Positions 16,918 to 26,626 of a stretch of DNA of 64,000 bases are shown here, one piece after another. The position numbers and the translations under genes are program-made. Source of the DNA: an uncultured Collinsella sp. GTDB lineage: Bacteria; Actinomycetota; Coriobacteriia; Coriobacteriales; Coriobacteriaceae. Numbering within the stretch: the first letter of the stretch is position 1; each line of letters starts with the position of its first letter. Where the stretch lies: NCBI GenBank assembly GCA_902497025.1, contig CABVDJ010000001.1:11323-75322 (forward strand). The letters are read 5' to 3'. The notes under the pieces were generated by a model. It had not been told where the DNA came from and searched no databases. It was given only the letters and a program-made list of their open reading frames with translations.

Positions 16918-18342
16918 GTGGTCTTCGCCCCCCAGGGAAAACATACGCTGTCGCACCGCGTTTTTGTGACGATCTTTGTCTGCGCCATGGCGGTTATCGT
17001 GGCGTTTACGGTGCTGGGTGCGTTCTTTGTGCAAAACACCTTGGCGGATGCCACGAGTGCCAATCTGGCGCAGGAAACCGAGCTCATTGCTGCCGCCCTC
17101 GACGAGCAGCAGGAGCCCATCCCGTTCTTGTGTAGCCTCGATCGCGAGGACTTGCGCATCACGCTGATTAACAAGGATGGATCGGTTGCCTACGACAACG
17201 AGGCGTCGCCTTCCACACTGCCCAACCATGGCGATCGCCCCGAGGTCATCGAGGCCTTTGAGAGTGGTTTGGGTTCCGCGGAGCGCGCAAGCTCTACGCT
17301 CGACGAGATTATGCTGTATCGCGCCGTCGCCCTTGATAACGGCCAGGTTGTCCGCTTGGCGCAGGCCCAGCCTGGCGTTGCGGCGATTTTGCTGTCGATG
17401 GTGGCGCCGATGCTACTTATCGCAGCAGCGGGTGCGGTACTCTCGTTTTTTATGGCGCGCCGCGAGTCCCGTGCCATCATCGCGCCGTTGCAAGAGGTGG
17501 ATTTAGACCACCCACGCCGTAGCTATGAGCACGCCTATGCCGAGATGGTCCCCATGCTTGAGCGTATCGAGTCGCAGCGCCAGGAGCTCAAGCGCCAAAT
17601 GGCGGTGCTAGCGGACAACGACCGTATGCGCCGCGAGTTCACGGCGAATATCACTCATGAGCTCAAGACGCCGCTTACGGCGATTTCGGGCTATGCCGAG
17701 CTCATCGCAAACGGCATGGTCGAGGGCGAGGACGACCTGCGCAACTTTGGCGGTCGCATCTATCGTGAGGCGGGCCGCTTGGCAGCGCTTGTCAACGATA
17801 TCCTTACGCTGTCTAACTTGGACGAGGCCGAGCGTGCAACTGAGGGCGAGGCGGTGCCCATTGGGTCCACGGAGCCTATTGAGCTCTCGCGTGCCATCTA
17901 CGCGGTTGAGCAGCGTCTTGAACAGGTCGCCCGTCAGGCGAATGTGACGATAAGTCATGAGACCAAGCCTGTGGTCATCGAAGGCGTGTCGCGCTTGATT
18001 GACGAGCTCATCTATAATCTGGCAAGCAACGCCATCCGCTACAATCGACCCGGCGGTACGGTTACGCTGCAGTGCGGCACCAACGACGAAGGCCATCCGT
18101 TCCTCGCGGTCGCCGACACGGGAATCGGTATCGCGCCTGAAGAACAGGGCAAGGTATTTGAGCGGTTCTATCGCGTGGACAAGAGTAGGTCCAAGGCACG
18201 CGGCGGAACCGGCCTGGGGCTTGCCATTGTCAAGCATTCGGCCCTGTATCATCACGCCACGCTCGATCTGTCGAGCGAGTTGGGCGTGGGAACCACCATT
18301 ACGGTGACGTTTCCCATACAGCAGGACGAGCCATTCGCATAG
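16918..18342 (+). CDS. PhoR/PnpS-like sensor histidine kinase
   Basis: Two TM helices flank a sensor loop containing NHGDRPEV. H-box ITHELKTPLTAISGY, N-box NLASNAIRYN, G-box GGTGLGLAIVKH. GTG start follows GGAGGAG. Confidence 0.85.
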   Translation: MVFAPQGKHTLSHRVFVTIFVCAMAVIVAFTVLGAFFVQNTLADATSANLAQETELIAAALDEQQEPIPFLCSLDREDLRITLINKDGSVAYDNEASPSTLPNHGDRPEVIEAFESGLGSAERASSTLDEIMLYRAVALDNGQVVRLAQAQPGVAAILLSMVAPMLLIAAAGAVLSFFMARRESRAIIAPLQEVDLDHPRRSYEHAYAEMVPMLERIESQRQELKRQMAVLADNDRMRREFTANITHELKTPLTAISGYAELIANGMVEGEDDLRNFGGRIYREAGRLAALVNDILTLSNLDEAERATEGEAVPIGSTEPIELSRAIYAVEQRLEQVARQANVTISHETKPVVIEGVSRLIDELIYNLASNAIRYNRPGGTVTLQCGTNDEGHPFLAVADTGIGIAPEEQGKVFERFYRVDKSRSKARGGTGLGLAIVKHSALYHHATLDLSSELGVGTTITVTFPIQQDEPFA

Positions 18343-18537
18343 CGATACAACATAGATATTGATGTAGACGCCGCATTTGACTTTCGGGTGCGGCGTTGTT
18401 GTGCAATTTTACGATTGCTTCCGACATTTTTACAGGAGAGCCTGTTTCTTATGTATAGAGTTTGGTCTCGGTAAAAAGATGCGATAACATACGGACAGTT
18501 TTGTCAATCCGAACTGGGGAAATGAAAGGCAAGCTGC

Positions 18538-19194
18538 ATGACCCTTCTCGAACTGTTCCAGCTGCTGAAGAAGCACCTTCAGCTGGTCATCACCCTTCCG
18601 GTGGTCTGCGCGATCGCCATGGGTATCGTGTCCTTCGTTGCGATGGACAACACCTATACCGCGACGACGAGCATGTACATTCTCGCCAAGACCGACGATA
18701 GCGGTCAGATGAGCTACAACGATCTCTCGGCGAGTCAGATGCTTTCCAACGATATCGCCACGCTGCTGGATAGCGATAGCGTTAAGAGCGGCGCAGCCAA
18801 TGAACTGGGCCTCACCGATCTGGATGACTACAAGGTGTCTGTTTCCTCCGAGACCACCACGCGTGTCATTACGCTTTCGGTTACCGGCACCGATGCCAAG
18901 GAGACGGCTAAGGTCGCAAAGGCCATGGCCAGCTCGGTGAGTACGGTCGCTCAGAACGTCGGCGCTGCCCAGAGCATCAACGTTATCGACGAGGCTAAGA
19001 CTCCCGAAGTCCCCAGCGGTCCCAAGCGTATGCTGTACGTTGCTGTCGCGTTCCTCGCGGGCATCTTTATCGCAGTTGCCTATGTCGTTTTGGCAGACAT
19101 GCTCAACACCCGCATCCGCGGTGCCGAAGAGGCAGAAGAGCTCCTGGGCATTCCCGTTGTTGGCCGAATTCCGGCTATGAAAGGTGGTAAATAG
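18538..19194 (+). CDS. Wzz/CpsC-type polysaccharide co-polymerase (BY-kinase transmembrane modulator)
   Basis: 218 aa with TM helices at both ends and the N-terminal Wzz pattern (LELFQLLKKH..). Sits directly upstream of the cognate kinase gene. Confidence 0.8.
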   Translation: MTLLELFQLLKKHLQLVITLPVVCAIAMGIVSFVAMDNTYTATTSMYILAKTDDSGQMSYNDLSASQMLSNDIATLLDSDSVKSGAANELGLTDLDDYKVSVSSETTTRVITLSVTGTDAKETAKVAKAMASSVSTVAQNVGAAQSINVIDEAKTPEVPSGPKRMLYVAVAFLAGIFIAVAYVVLADMLNTRIRGAEEAEELLGIPVVGRIPAMKGGK

Positions 19195-19196
19195 GC

Positions 19197-19934
19197 ATGG
19201 CTAAGGCAAAGAACACCGATAAGCTCGTTGTACAGAATGCCGCCAAGACCCTTCTGGCCAACATCCGCTTTGCGAGCGTGGACGACCCCATTCGCACCAT
19301 CACCGTTACGTCCTCGATTCCCAACGAGGGCAAGTCTACGGTTTCCATCAACCTTGCCCAGGCTATCGCCACCAGCGGCAAGAGCGTCCTGCTGGTCGAG
19401 GCTGATATGCGTCGCAGGTCCCTTGCCGATATGCTCGGTGTCCGCTCCCGCGGCGGACTCTATGCAGTCCTTTCCGAGCAGGTTTCTATTGACCAGGCGA
19501 TTGTCGAGACGGGTCAGAAGAACTTCTACTTCCTCGATGCCGAGCCGCATATTCCCAATCCTGCCGACATCATCGTCTCTCACCGCTTTGCCAAGCTGGT
19601 AAAGGCACTGTCCGCCAAGTTCCAGTACGTCATCTTTGATGCTCCCCCGGTCGGCACCTTCATCGATGCTGCCGAGATCGCAAGTCTGACCGACGGTGCG
19701 CTTTTTGTCGTGCGTGAGGATTTCACCAAGCGCGAGGAGGCGCTCAACGCCATCGGTCAGCTTAAGAAGTCCGAGAAGGTCAAGCTCATCGGTACCGTTA
19801 TGAACTACTGCGAGACCGAGACCAGCGAGTACTACTACTCCTACTACACCAAGGACGGTAAGAAGGTGAAGAAGGGCTCCGACGATCAGGGGACTTCCAA
19901 AAAGGGCATCTTCACCAACCGAGCAAACGTTTAG
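19197..19934 (+). CDS. CpsD/CapB-type bacterial tyrosine kinase (BY-kinase)
   Basis: Walker A SSIPNEGKST, A' VLLVEADMRR, Walker B VIFDAPP, and a C-terminal Tyr cluster SEYYYSYYTKDG. Confidence 0.85.
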   Translation: MAKAKNTDKLVVQNAAKTLLANIRFASVDDPIRTITVTSSIPNEGKSTVSINLAQAIATSGKSVLLVEADMRRRSLADMLGVRSRGGLYAVLSEQVSIDQAIVETGQKNFYFLDAEPHIPNPADIIVSHRFAKLVKALSAKFQYVIFDAPPVGTFIDAAEIASLTDGALFVVREDFTKREEALNAIGQLKKSEKVKLIGTVMNYCETETSEYYYSYYTKDGKKVKKGSDDQGTSKKGIFTNRANV

Positions 19935-19951
19935 TTGATTAAGGCTGACCT

Positions 19952-20602
19952 ATGCGTGACATTCATTGCCATATCTTGCCGGGTGTAGACGACGGCGCCG
20001 CCGATCTCGATGAGAGCTTGGCGATGCTCGAGGCTGCCAAGCGGGCCGGTGTAACCAGAATCGTTTGCACTCCTCACTGCCGTGATCCCTATTTTGATTA
20101 CGACAAGATGTGGGATGCCTTTGAGCTGCTGCGTGATAACGCTGACGGTTTTCCGCTCCAGATGGGCTTCGAGGTCAACCATCGAAAGCTCGTTGAGCTT
20201 GGTATCGATGCCGCGGAGCACTTGCATTTCGATGGAACCAATGAGTTCCTGCTCGAGCTTTCGACGCATGCCGATGCGTATGCGTTTAGAGAGTACGAGA
20301 ACACGATTTACGATTTGCAGTGCCGTGGCTACCAGGTGATCATCGCTCATCCTGAGCGCTATCGTGCGGTTCAAAAGGATGTAAGTGTGGCGGAGCGCCT
20401 GGTCGATATGGGCTGCAAGCTGCAGGCTTCGGCGGACTTTATTGCCGGCGGTCGCTTTGGTCGCGAGAAAAAGCCGGCACAACGCCTGTTCGATCAGAAC
20501 CTGTACAGCTTCATCGCGAGCGATGCCCATAACGTGGGTCATTACGACTGCCTGGCGAAGGCTCGCGCGAAGTTTAGCGTGCGCGGAGCTCATTTTCGCT
20601 AA
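19952..20602 (+). CDS. CpsB/YwqE-type PHP-family protein-tyrosine phosphatase
   Basis: MRDIHCHILPGVDDGA start, plus internal CTPH, IIAHPERY and ASDAHN metal-ligand motifs. Confidence 0.8.
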   Translation: MRDIHCHILPGVDDGAADLDESLAMLEAAKRAGVTRIVCTPHCRDPYFDYDKMWDAFELLRDNADGFPLQMGFEVNHRKLVELGIDAAEHLHFDGTNEFLLELSTHADAYAFREYENTIYDLQCRGYQVIIAHPERYRAVQKDVSVAERLVDMGCKLQASADFIAGGRFGREKKPAQRLFDQNLYSFIASDAHNVGHYDCLAKARAKFSVRGAHFR

Positions 20603-20641
20603 TATCTGTCCCTAACGTTCGCATTGAATGAAAGGGCAGCC

Positions 20642-21142
20642 ATGGATATCCAACTTAAGACGGGATGCTTTGATGACGCGGCGTTGGTGCGCCGCGTCGT
20701 TTTTATGGACGAGCAGGGCTACGAGAATGAGTTCGACGCTATCGACGAGGATCCGAACTGCATTCATGTGACGCTCTATGTAGACGGCGAGCTTGCCGGT
20801 TGCTCGCGCGTGTTTCCCGAAGAGCTTGAGCGCGCGGCTGGCGCAGAGGCTCCGGTTTCGCCGGCGTGCGACTTGGACGAAGGCGTCGCAGCGGGGGAGA
20901 CCTATATTATGGGGCGCGTGGCTGTGCTGCCGAGCATGCGCCGTCGCGGTCTGGCGAGCAAGATCGTCGAGGCCAGTGATGCCGCCGCGCGTGATGCCGG
21001 TGCCAAGCTCATAAAACTGCATGCGCAGGAATACGTGCTGCCACTCTATGCCAAGGCGGGCTACACGCAAATTGCCCCGGTAGATTACGAAGACGAGGGC
21101 CAACCCCATGTCTGGATGGCCAAGCGCGTAGATGGCAGATAG
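20642..21142 (+). CDS. GNAT-family N-acetyltransferase
   Basis: Acetyl-CoA loop RVAVLPSMRRRGLASKIV followed by LHAQEYVLPLYAKAGY. ATG at 20642 preferred over the TTG at 20624. Confidence 0.75.
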   Translation: MDIQLKTGCFDDAALVRRVVFMDEQGYENEFDAIDEDPNCIHVTLYVDGELAGCSRVFPEELERAAGAEAPVSPACDLDEGVAAGETYIMGRVAVLPSMRRRGLASKIVEASDAAARDAGAKLIKLHAQEYVLPLYAKAGYTQIAPVDYEDEGQPHVWMAKRVDGR

Positions 21143-21344
21143 GGACGTTCCTTTCCTGCCGGCAGTTGGGGACACTCCTTGGCAATTGGCGCATCGGGGC
21201 GCTTAGACATACAGTTTTTCGATTCCGTATGTATATATGCGCGTTAATGGGTTATAAAATCTAAGTCTGAACATAGCAGGTCTGCGATGCGGCTCGGGCG
21301 ACCGGGCCGTTTTTGCGGACAGGGGTAGCGCGAAAGGACTGCAC

Positions 21345-23369
21345 ATGCGTCAATTTAAGACCGAGAGCAAAAAACTGCTCGACCTCATGATCAACTCCAT
21401 CTACACCAATAAGGAAATCTTCCTGCGCGAGCTTATCTCTAACGCGAGCGACGCCGTCGACAAGCTCAACTTTAAGAGCCTGCAGGACCCGAGCGTCAAG
21501 ATCGACCAGGGCGACCTGGCCATTCGCGTCTCCTTTGATAAAGACGCCCGCACCATTACCATCTCGGATAACGGCATTGGCATGACCGCCGAGGAGCTGG
21601 AGCGCAATCTGGGCACCATCGCCCATTCCGGCTCCGAGGAGTTTAAGACCGAGAACGCCGAGCAGCAGGGCTCCGATGTCGACATCATCGGTCAGTTTGG
21701 CGTGGGCTTCTACTCGGCTTTTATGGTCGCCAGCCATGTGAAGGTCGTCAGCCGCGCCTACGGCGAGGATGTCGCCCATGTGTGGGAATCCGACGGTCTT
21801 GAGGGCTACACCATCGAGGACGGCGAGCGCGCCGAGCATGGTACCGATGTCATCCTGACGCTGCGCGAGAACGAGAAGCTCGATGCCGACGGCGAGGCCG
21901 AGACCTACGATCGCTTCCTGACCGAGTGGGGTCTCAAGAGCCTGATTCAGCAGTACAGCAACTATGTGCGCTACCCGATTCAGATGATGGTGTCCAAGAG
22001 CCGCCAGAAACCCAAGCCCGAGGACGCCGGCGACGATTACAAGCCCGAGTACGAGGACTACCAGGAGCTCGAGACCGTCAATTCCATGACACCGATCTGG
22101 AAGAAGCGCAGCTCCGATGTCGAGCAGAAGGACTACGACGAGTTCTACAAGTCCACGTTCCACGACTTTGACGATCCCGCGCGCACTATCAGCTTCCATG
22201 CCGAGGGTACGCTTGAGTACGATGCGCTGCTGTTTGTGCCGGGTCGCGCGCCGTTCGATCTGTACAGCAAGGATTACGAGAAGGGCCTGGCGCTCTACAG
22301 CTCCAACGTCCTGATCATGGAGAAGTGCGACGACCTGCTGCCCGACTACTACAACTTTGTCCGCGGCGTCGTGGATTCCGCCGACGTGTCGCTCAACATC
22401 TCGCGCGAGACGCTTCAACAGAACCGTCAGCTCAAGGCCATCGCCAAGCGTGTGGAAAAGAAGATTACCGCCGACCTTGAGGATATGCGTGACAACGACC
22501 GCGAGGCCTACGAGAAGTTCTTTGAGAACTTTGGCCGCGGTCTTAAGTACGGCATCTACTCGAGCTATGGCATGAAGGCCGATGAGCTCGCCGACCTGTT
22601 GCTGTTCTGGTCTGCCAAGGAGCAGAAGATGATTACCCTGGCCGAGTATGCCAAGGGCATGCCCGAGGATCAGAAGGCCATCTACTACGCCGCCGGTGAC
22701 TCGCGTGAGCGCTTGGCCAAGATGCCCGTGGTAAAGGGCGTGCTCGACCGCGGCTATGACGTGCTGCTGCTGACGCAGGATGTGGATGAGTTCACGTTCC
22801 AGGCTATGCGTGAGTACGTTGCCGCCGATATGCCCAAGATCTACGAGGACGATGCTGCCCGCGAGGCTGCCGAGAAGGCTGTGGCCGACGGTGCCGAGCC
22901 CGAGGTCGAGGATCGTCATTTGGAGCTCAAGAACGTCGCGACCGGTGATCTTGACCTGGCGACCGAGGATGAGAAGAAGGAGGCCGAGGACGCCACCAAG
23001 GAGAACGAGGACCTCTTTAGCGCCATGAAGGAGGCGCTCGGCGACAAGGTCGAGAAGGTCGCCGTCTCTGCGCGCCTGACCGATGCTCCCGCGTGCATCA
23101 CCACCGAGGGCCCGCTTTCGCTCGAGATGGAGAAGGTGCTCCAGAAGGGACCCGAGGGCGCGCCCGACGGCATGCCCAAGAGCCAGCGCGTGCTCGAGCT
23201 CAACGCCAAGCACCCGGTCTTCGACAAGCTTGTCGCTGCCCAGAAGGCAGGCGACGCCGACAAGATCAAGCAATACTCTGGTCTGCTCTATGACCAGGCT
23301 CTGCTGGTCGAGGGCATCCTCCCCGAGGACCCCGTTGCCTTCGCGGCGGCTGTTTGCAACTTGATGTAG
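21345..23369 (+). CDS. htpG: molecular chaperone HtpG (Hsp90 family)
   Basis: GHKL ATPase motifs ELISNASDA, SDNGIGMT and GQFGVGFYS. 674 aa with a full-length Hsp90 layout. Confidence 0.95.
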   Translation: MRQFKTESKKLLDLMINSIYTNKEIFLRELISNASDAVDKLNFKSLQDPSVKIDQGDLAIRVSFDKDARTITISDNGIGMTAEELERNLGTIAHSGSEEFKTENAEQQGSDVDIIGQFGVGFYSAFMVASHVKVVSRAYGEDVAHVWESDGLEGYTIEDGERAEHGTDVILTLRENEKLDADGEAETYDRFLTEWGLKSLIQQYSNYVRYPIQMMVSKSRQKPKPEDAGDDYKPEYEDYQELETVNSMTPIWKKRSSDVEQKDYDEFYKSTFHDFDDPARTISFHAEGTLEYDALLFVPGRAPFDLYSKDYEKGLALYSSNVLIMEKCDDLLPDYYNFVRGVVDSADVSLNISRETLQQNRQLKAIAKRVEKKITADLEDMRDNDREAYEKFFENFGRGLKYGIYSSYGMKADELADLLLFWSAKEQKMITLAEYAKGMPEDQKAIYYAAGDSRERLAKMPVVKGVLDRGYDVLLLTQDVDEFTFQAMREYVAADMPKIYEDDAAREAAEKAVADGAEPEVEDRHLELKNVATGDLDLATEDEKKEAEDATKENEDLFSAMKEALGDKVEKVAVSARLTDAPACITTEGPLSLEMEKVLQKGPEGAPDGMPKSQRVLELNAKHPVFDKLVAAQKAGDADKIKQYSGLLYDQALLVEGILPEDPVAFAAAVCNLM

Positions 23370-23376
23370 TTGGGTC

Positions 23377-23576
23377 GTTACGCGGTTTTACCAAACCGCG
23401 TAACAGCTCGACGCTGCCCTCAGTTCCGCCGTTCTAACGAACGGCGGACCAGTCGACGCTGCGCGGGCGCCAGAGCGACAACTTGTCATTCAAAGAGGAC
23501 GGCATGACCAGAAGGTCTATGCCGTCCTCTTTTCATGCCAATTTGTTCGCTCTGGCGCCCGCTCGCTGGCATTGCC
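23377..23576. repeat. Composite structured repeat, copy A (hairpin plus nested palindrome)
   Basis: GTTACGCGGTTTTACCAAACCGCGTAAC-A-GCTCGACGCTGC, then an extra 45-nt hairpin unit. Next is the outer stem GCGGGCGCCAGAGCGA/TCGCTCTGGCGCCCGC enclosing hairpin AGAGGACGGCAT-[GACCAGAAGGTC]-ATGCCGTCCTCT. The tail is TCGCTGGCATTGCC. The partner copy is at 28816-28969. Confidence 0.7.
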
Positions 23577-23604
23577 AAAACATCGACGTTGCCGTGGTCC
23601 TAAG

Positions 23605-23660
23605 TAGTCATTGGGGACGTTCTTGTTTGACTAGTCGTTTAAGAACGTCCCCAATGACTA
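23605..23660. repeat. Perfect 20-bp inverted repeat upstream of the first YhgE/Pip gene
   Basis: TAGTCATTGGGGACGTTCTT (23605-23624) and AAGAACGTCCCCAATGACTA (23641-23660) separated by 16 nt. GACTAGTCG occurs in the loop and again just after the right arm. Confidence 0.7.
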
Positions 23661-23845
23661 GTCGGATTGATAATTTGTGCGGGTTGTGGTTTTGTGACCT
23701 GCTGAAATTTAAGATACTGTACAACTGTACGTTAACTCATCTTCGTAGTATATTGCTACCCGCAAAACTCAACACCATTGTGCTTTGAGACGTTAAAGCG
23801 CCTACTACAATGGTTGTCGATAGTACGATTCGATTCAACGACAGG

Positions 23846-26626
23846 ATGGATGGTCCAAGCGTGAGTCTCGGCAGCAAACTATCCAACGCAAAGGTCTCCT
23901 TTGCGATCTTTAAGCGCGACATCAAGCGACTGCTTGTGAACCCCGTCGCCCTGGTGGTTACTTTGGGCGTGTGCGTTATCCCCTCGCTGTATGCCTGGTA
24001 CAACATCGTGGCAAACTGGGATCCGTATGGAAACACCCAGGGTATCAAGATTGCTATCGCCAACAACGACCAGGGCACTCAGAACGACCTGGTGGGCGAG
24101 CTCAACGCGGGCGACCAGGTCGTCGATCAGCTCAAGGAAAACGATCAGTTGGGCTGGACCTTCGTCGACTCGGCGGCTGATGCCAAAGAGGGCGTCGAGA
24201 GCGGGGAGTACTATGCGGCCATCGTAATCCCTAAGAACTTCTCGGATAACCTGGTCTCGATGCTCGACGGCAACTACCATCAGCCCAAGCTTACGTACTA
24301 CGTCAATGAGAAGAAGAGTGCTATTGCGCCCAAGGTTACCGACACCGGTGCAAGCACCATCGAGGAGCAGATCAACTCGGAATTTGTCTCCACAGTGGGC
24401 GAGACCGTTGCCAGCATCGCCAAGGATGCCGGGGTCGATTTAAAGGACAAGGCAACCCAGACTCAGAATTCGTTGGCTGGTTCGGTATCAGAGGCATCCG
24501 GTACCTTGGGTGAGGTGCGCGATTCGATTGGCGACATGAATGCCGCCATCGATAAGACGAGTGGCGCTATCGCCTCGGCTGATGCCGCGTTGGCGGGCCT
24601 GCAGGGTCAGACGCCCTCTCTAACGCAGGCAATCGCTCAGGGCAATGACCTGCTGGGCGAGGCGCGCGCTACGGCGGGCAACTCTGTCGCCTCGCTCTCC
24701 AAGGCACTCTCGGAAGGCAGCCTTGCGCTCACCAAGACGTCAGCCTCCGCGAACGCTGCGATTGGCAAGCTGACGGGCGCGGTCACATCTACGACCACCC
24801 GCATCGACAACTCGCTTGAGTCTCTCCAAGCGACGATCGACCACAATAAGGCCGTTATCGGGCACTTGGAAATTCTCGTTAATGACACGTCGACAGGTTC
24901 CAAGGAAATTGACGCGCGCATTGTATCGACCATCGATTTGCTCCGCGAGCAGAATGAAAAGCTTCAGAGCATCAAGGACGGTCTGTCTGCGCAGTCGAGC
25001 GCCATGGCGAATGACGCCGCGGCTGTCTCGGGCGCCAGCGACGCTATCAATAACGCAATCCAGACCGGTGCGACCAACCTTGGCCAGGCCCAGACGGACC
25101 TGGGTCAAAACGCGCTGCCGAAGGCCTCGAGCGCGCTTGATTCATTTGCCGCCGTCTCGGGTGATCTGACGGGAATCGTGTCTGGCCTCACGCCTACTAT
25201 TGCAAGTGCGCGCGGTACGCTTTCGCAGCTTAACGCTACGCTCGGCCAGGCCAAGACCACGCTGTCCCAGACCGATTCCTCGCTTGCCAAGGTCCAGGAC
25301 AAGCTTGCGACCGCAGCCAATGACATCGCGGCGCTGCAGACCTCTGAGTCTATGGGCGAGCTGGCCGACCTTATGGGCGTCGATGTCAATGACGTGGCAG
25401 ATTTCATGGCCTCTCCGGTCGAGCTGACGTCCAAGTCGATCTATCCGGTCAAGAGCTTTGGCTCGGGCATCGCTCCCTTCTACACCAATCTGGCGCTTTG
25501 GGTGGGCGGTTACGTACTCATCGCCATCTACAAGCTCGAGGTCGATCGCGAGGGCATTGGCAGCTTTACGGCGCGCCAGGGCTACTTCGGCCGTTGGATG
25601 CTCCTGGTGATCCTGGGCGCGCTCCAGGCCACCATCGTTACGGTAGGCGATCTGGTGATTGGCGTGCAGTGCATCAACCCGCTGCTGTTCGTGCTGGGCG
25701 GCATCGCCATCTCGTTCACCTACGTCAATATCATCTATGCGCTGTCCACTACGTTTAAGCACATCGGCAAGGCAATCGGCGTCATTCTGGTTATCGTGCA
25801 GATTCCGGGTTCATCGGGCATGTACCCCATCGAGATGATGCCCGGCTTCTTCCAGTGGCTGCACCCGCTGCTGCCCTTTACCTACGGCATCAATCTGCTG
25901 CGCGAGACGGTCGGCGGCATGTACTCGTTTAACTACCTGTTTAACCTGTGCATCCTGGGCGTGTTTCTGATCGTGGCGCTCTTTATCGGGTTGCAGCTTC
26001 GTCCGCTGCTGCTCAACCTTAACCTGCTCTTTGATAAGCAGCTTTCCACGACGGGTCTTATGATTTGCGAATCTAACGACTTGCCGCGCCAGCGCTATTC
26101 GCTGCGCACCGCAATGCGCGTCATACTCGATTCTGATTCGTACCGTCGCGAGCTGCTCGACCATGCGGTGACTTTTGAGCACCGTTATCCGTACTACATC
26201 AAGGGCGGCTTTGCTGCCGTGGTGGGCGTTCAGGTGTTGCTCTTTGTGCTTTCGACGGTCCTTGACATCGACAACAACGGCAAGATCATCCTGCTGGTCA
26301 TCTGGATTATCTCGGTCATCGCCATTTGCGGCTGGCTTATCAATATCGAGTACATCCGATCGAGCCTCAACACCCAGATGCGTATCTCGGCGCTTTCGGA
26401 CGAGGACCTGCGCCGCGAGATGCGCGAGCACACAGCGGCGATCCCTGCCGCCCGTCGTATGTTTGGCCTGAATGCCAGCGAGCGAGGCTCTAAATTCAAG
26501 GATCAGGCTGCCGACCAGTCCATTCGCAACAATATGCACCATGTGCCCGCGAACGGTGACGACACATTTGTGATGAATGAGGATGGCGCCCCGCTTGGCA
26601 AGCACTCAAAAGGAGGTGAGGCATAA
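23846..26626 (+). CDS. YhgE/Pip-domain membrane protein (paralog 1)
   Basis: N-terminal TM helix with the YAWYNIVANWDPYGNT motif, a ~450-aa Ala/Ser/Thr-rich helical ectodomain and a C-terminal ABC-2-like multi-TM bundle. The start is uncertain (23810, 23846 or the GTG at 23861). Confidence 0.8.
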   Translation: MDGPSVSLGSKLSNAKVSFAIFKRDIKRLLVNPVALVVTLGVCVIPSLYAWYNIVANWDPYGNTQGIKIAIANNDQGTQNDLVGELNAGDQVVDQLKENDQLGWTFVDSAADAKEGVESGEYYAAIVIPKNFSDNLVSMLDGNYHQPKLTYYVNEKKSAIAPKVTDTGASTIEEQINSEFVSTVGETVASIAKDAGVDLKDKATQTQNSLAGSVSEASGTLGEVRDSIGDMNAAIDKTSGAIASADAALAGLQGQTPSLTQAIAQGNDLLGEARATAGNSVASLSKALSEGSLALTKTSASANAAIGKLTGAVTSTTTRIDNSLESLQATIDHNKAVIGHLEILVNDTSTGSKEIDARIVSTIDLLREQNEKLQSIKDGLSAQSSAMANDAAAVSGASDAINNAIQTGATNLGQAQTDLGQNALPKASSALDSFAAVSGDLTGIVSGLTPTIASARGTLSQLNATLGQAKTTLSQTDSSLAKVQDKLATAANDIAALQTSESMGELADLMGVDVNDVADFMASPVELTSKSIYPVKSFGSGIAPFYTNLALWVGGYVLIAIYKLEVDREGIGSFTARQGYFGRWMLLVILGALQATIVTVGDLVIGVQCINPLLFVLGGIAISFTYVNIIYALSTTFKHIGKAIGVILVIVQIPGSSGMYPIEMMPGFFQWLHPLLPFTYGINLLRETVGGMYSFNYLFNLCILGVFLIVALFIGLQLRPLLLNLNLLFDKQLSTTGLMICESNDLPRQRYSLRTAMRVILDSDSYRRELLDHAVTFEHRYPYYIKGGFAAVVGVQVLLFVLSTVLDIDNNGKIILLVIWIISVIAICGWLINIEYIRSSLNTQMRISALSDEDLRREMREHTAAIPAARRMFGLNASERGSKFKDQAADQSIRNNMHHVPANGDDTFVMNEDGAPLGKHSKGGEA

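Noticed and set aside
21143-21344. HAIR/CIRCE heat-shock operator upstream of htpG.
   Set aside because: I could not find CTTGAGT-N7-ACTCAAG (HAIR) or the CIRCE inverted repeat in this interval; only generic AT-rich promoter-like sequence is present.
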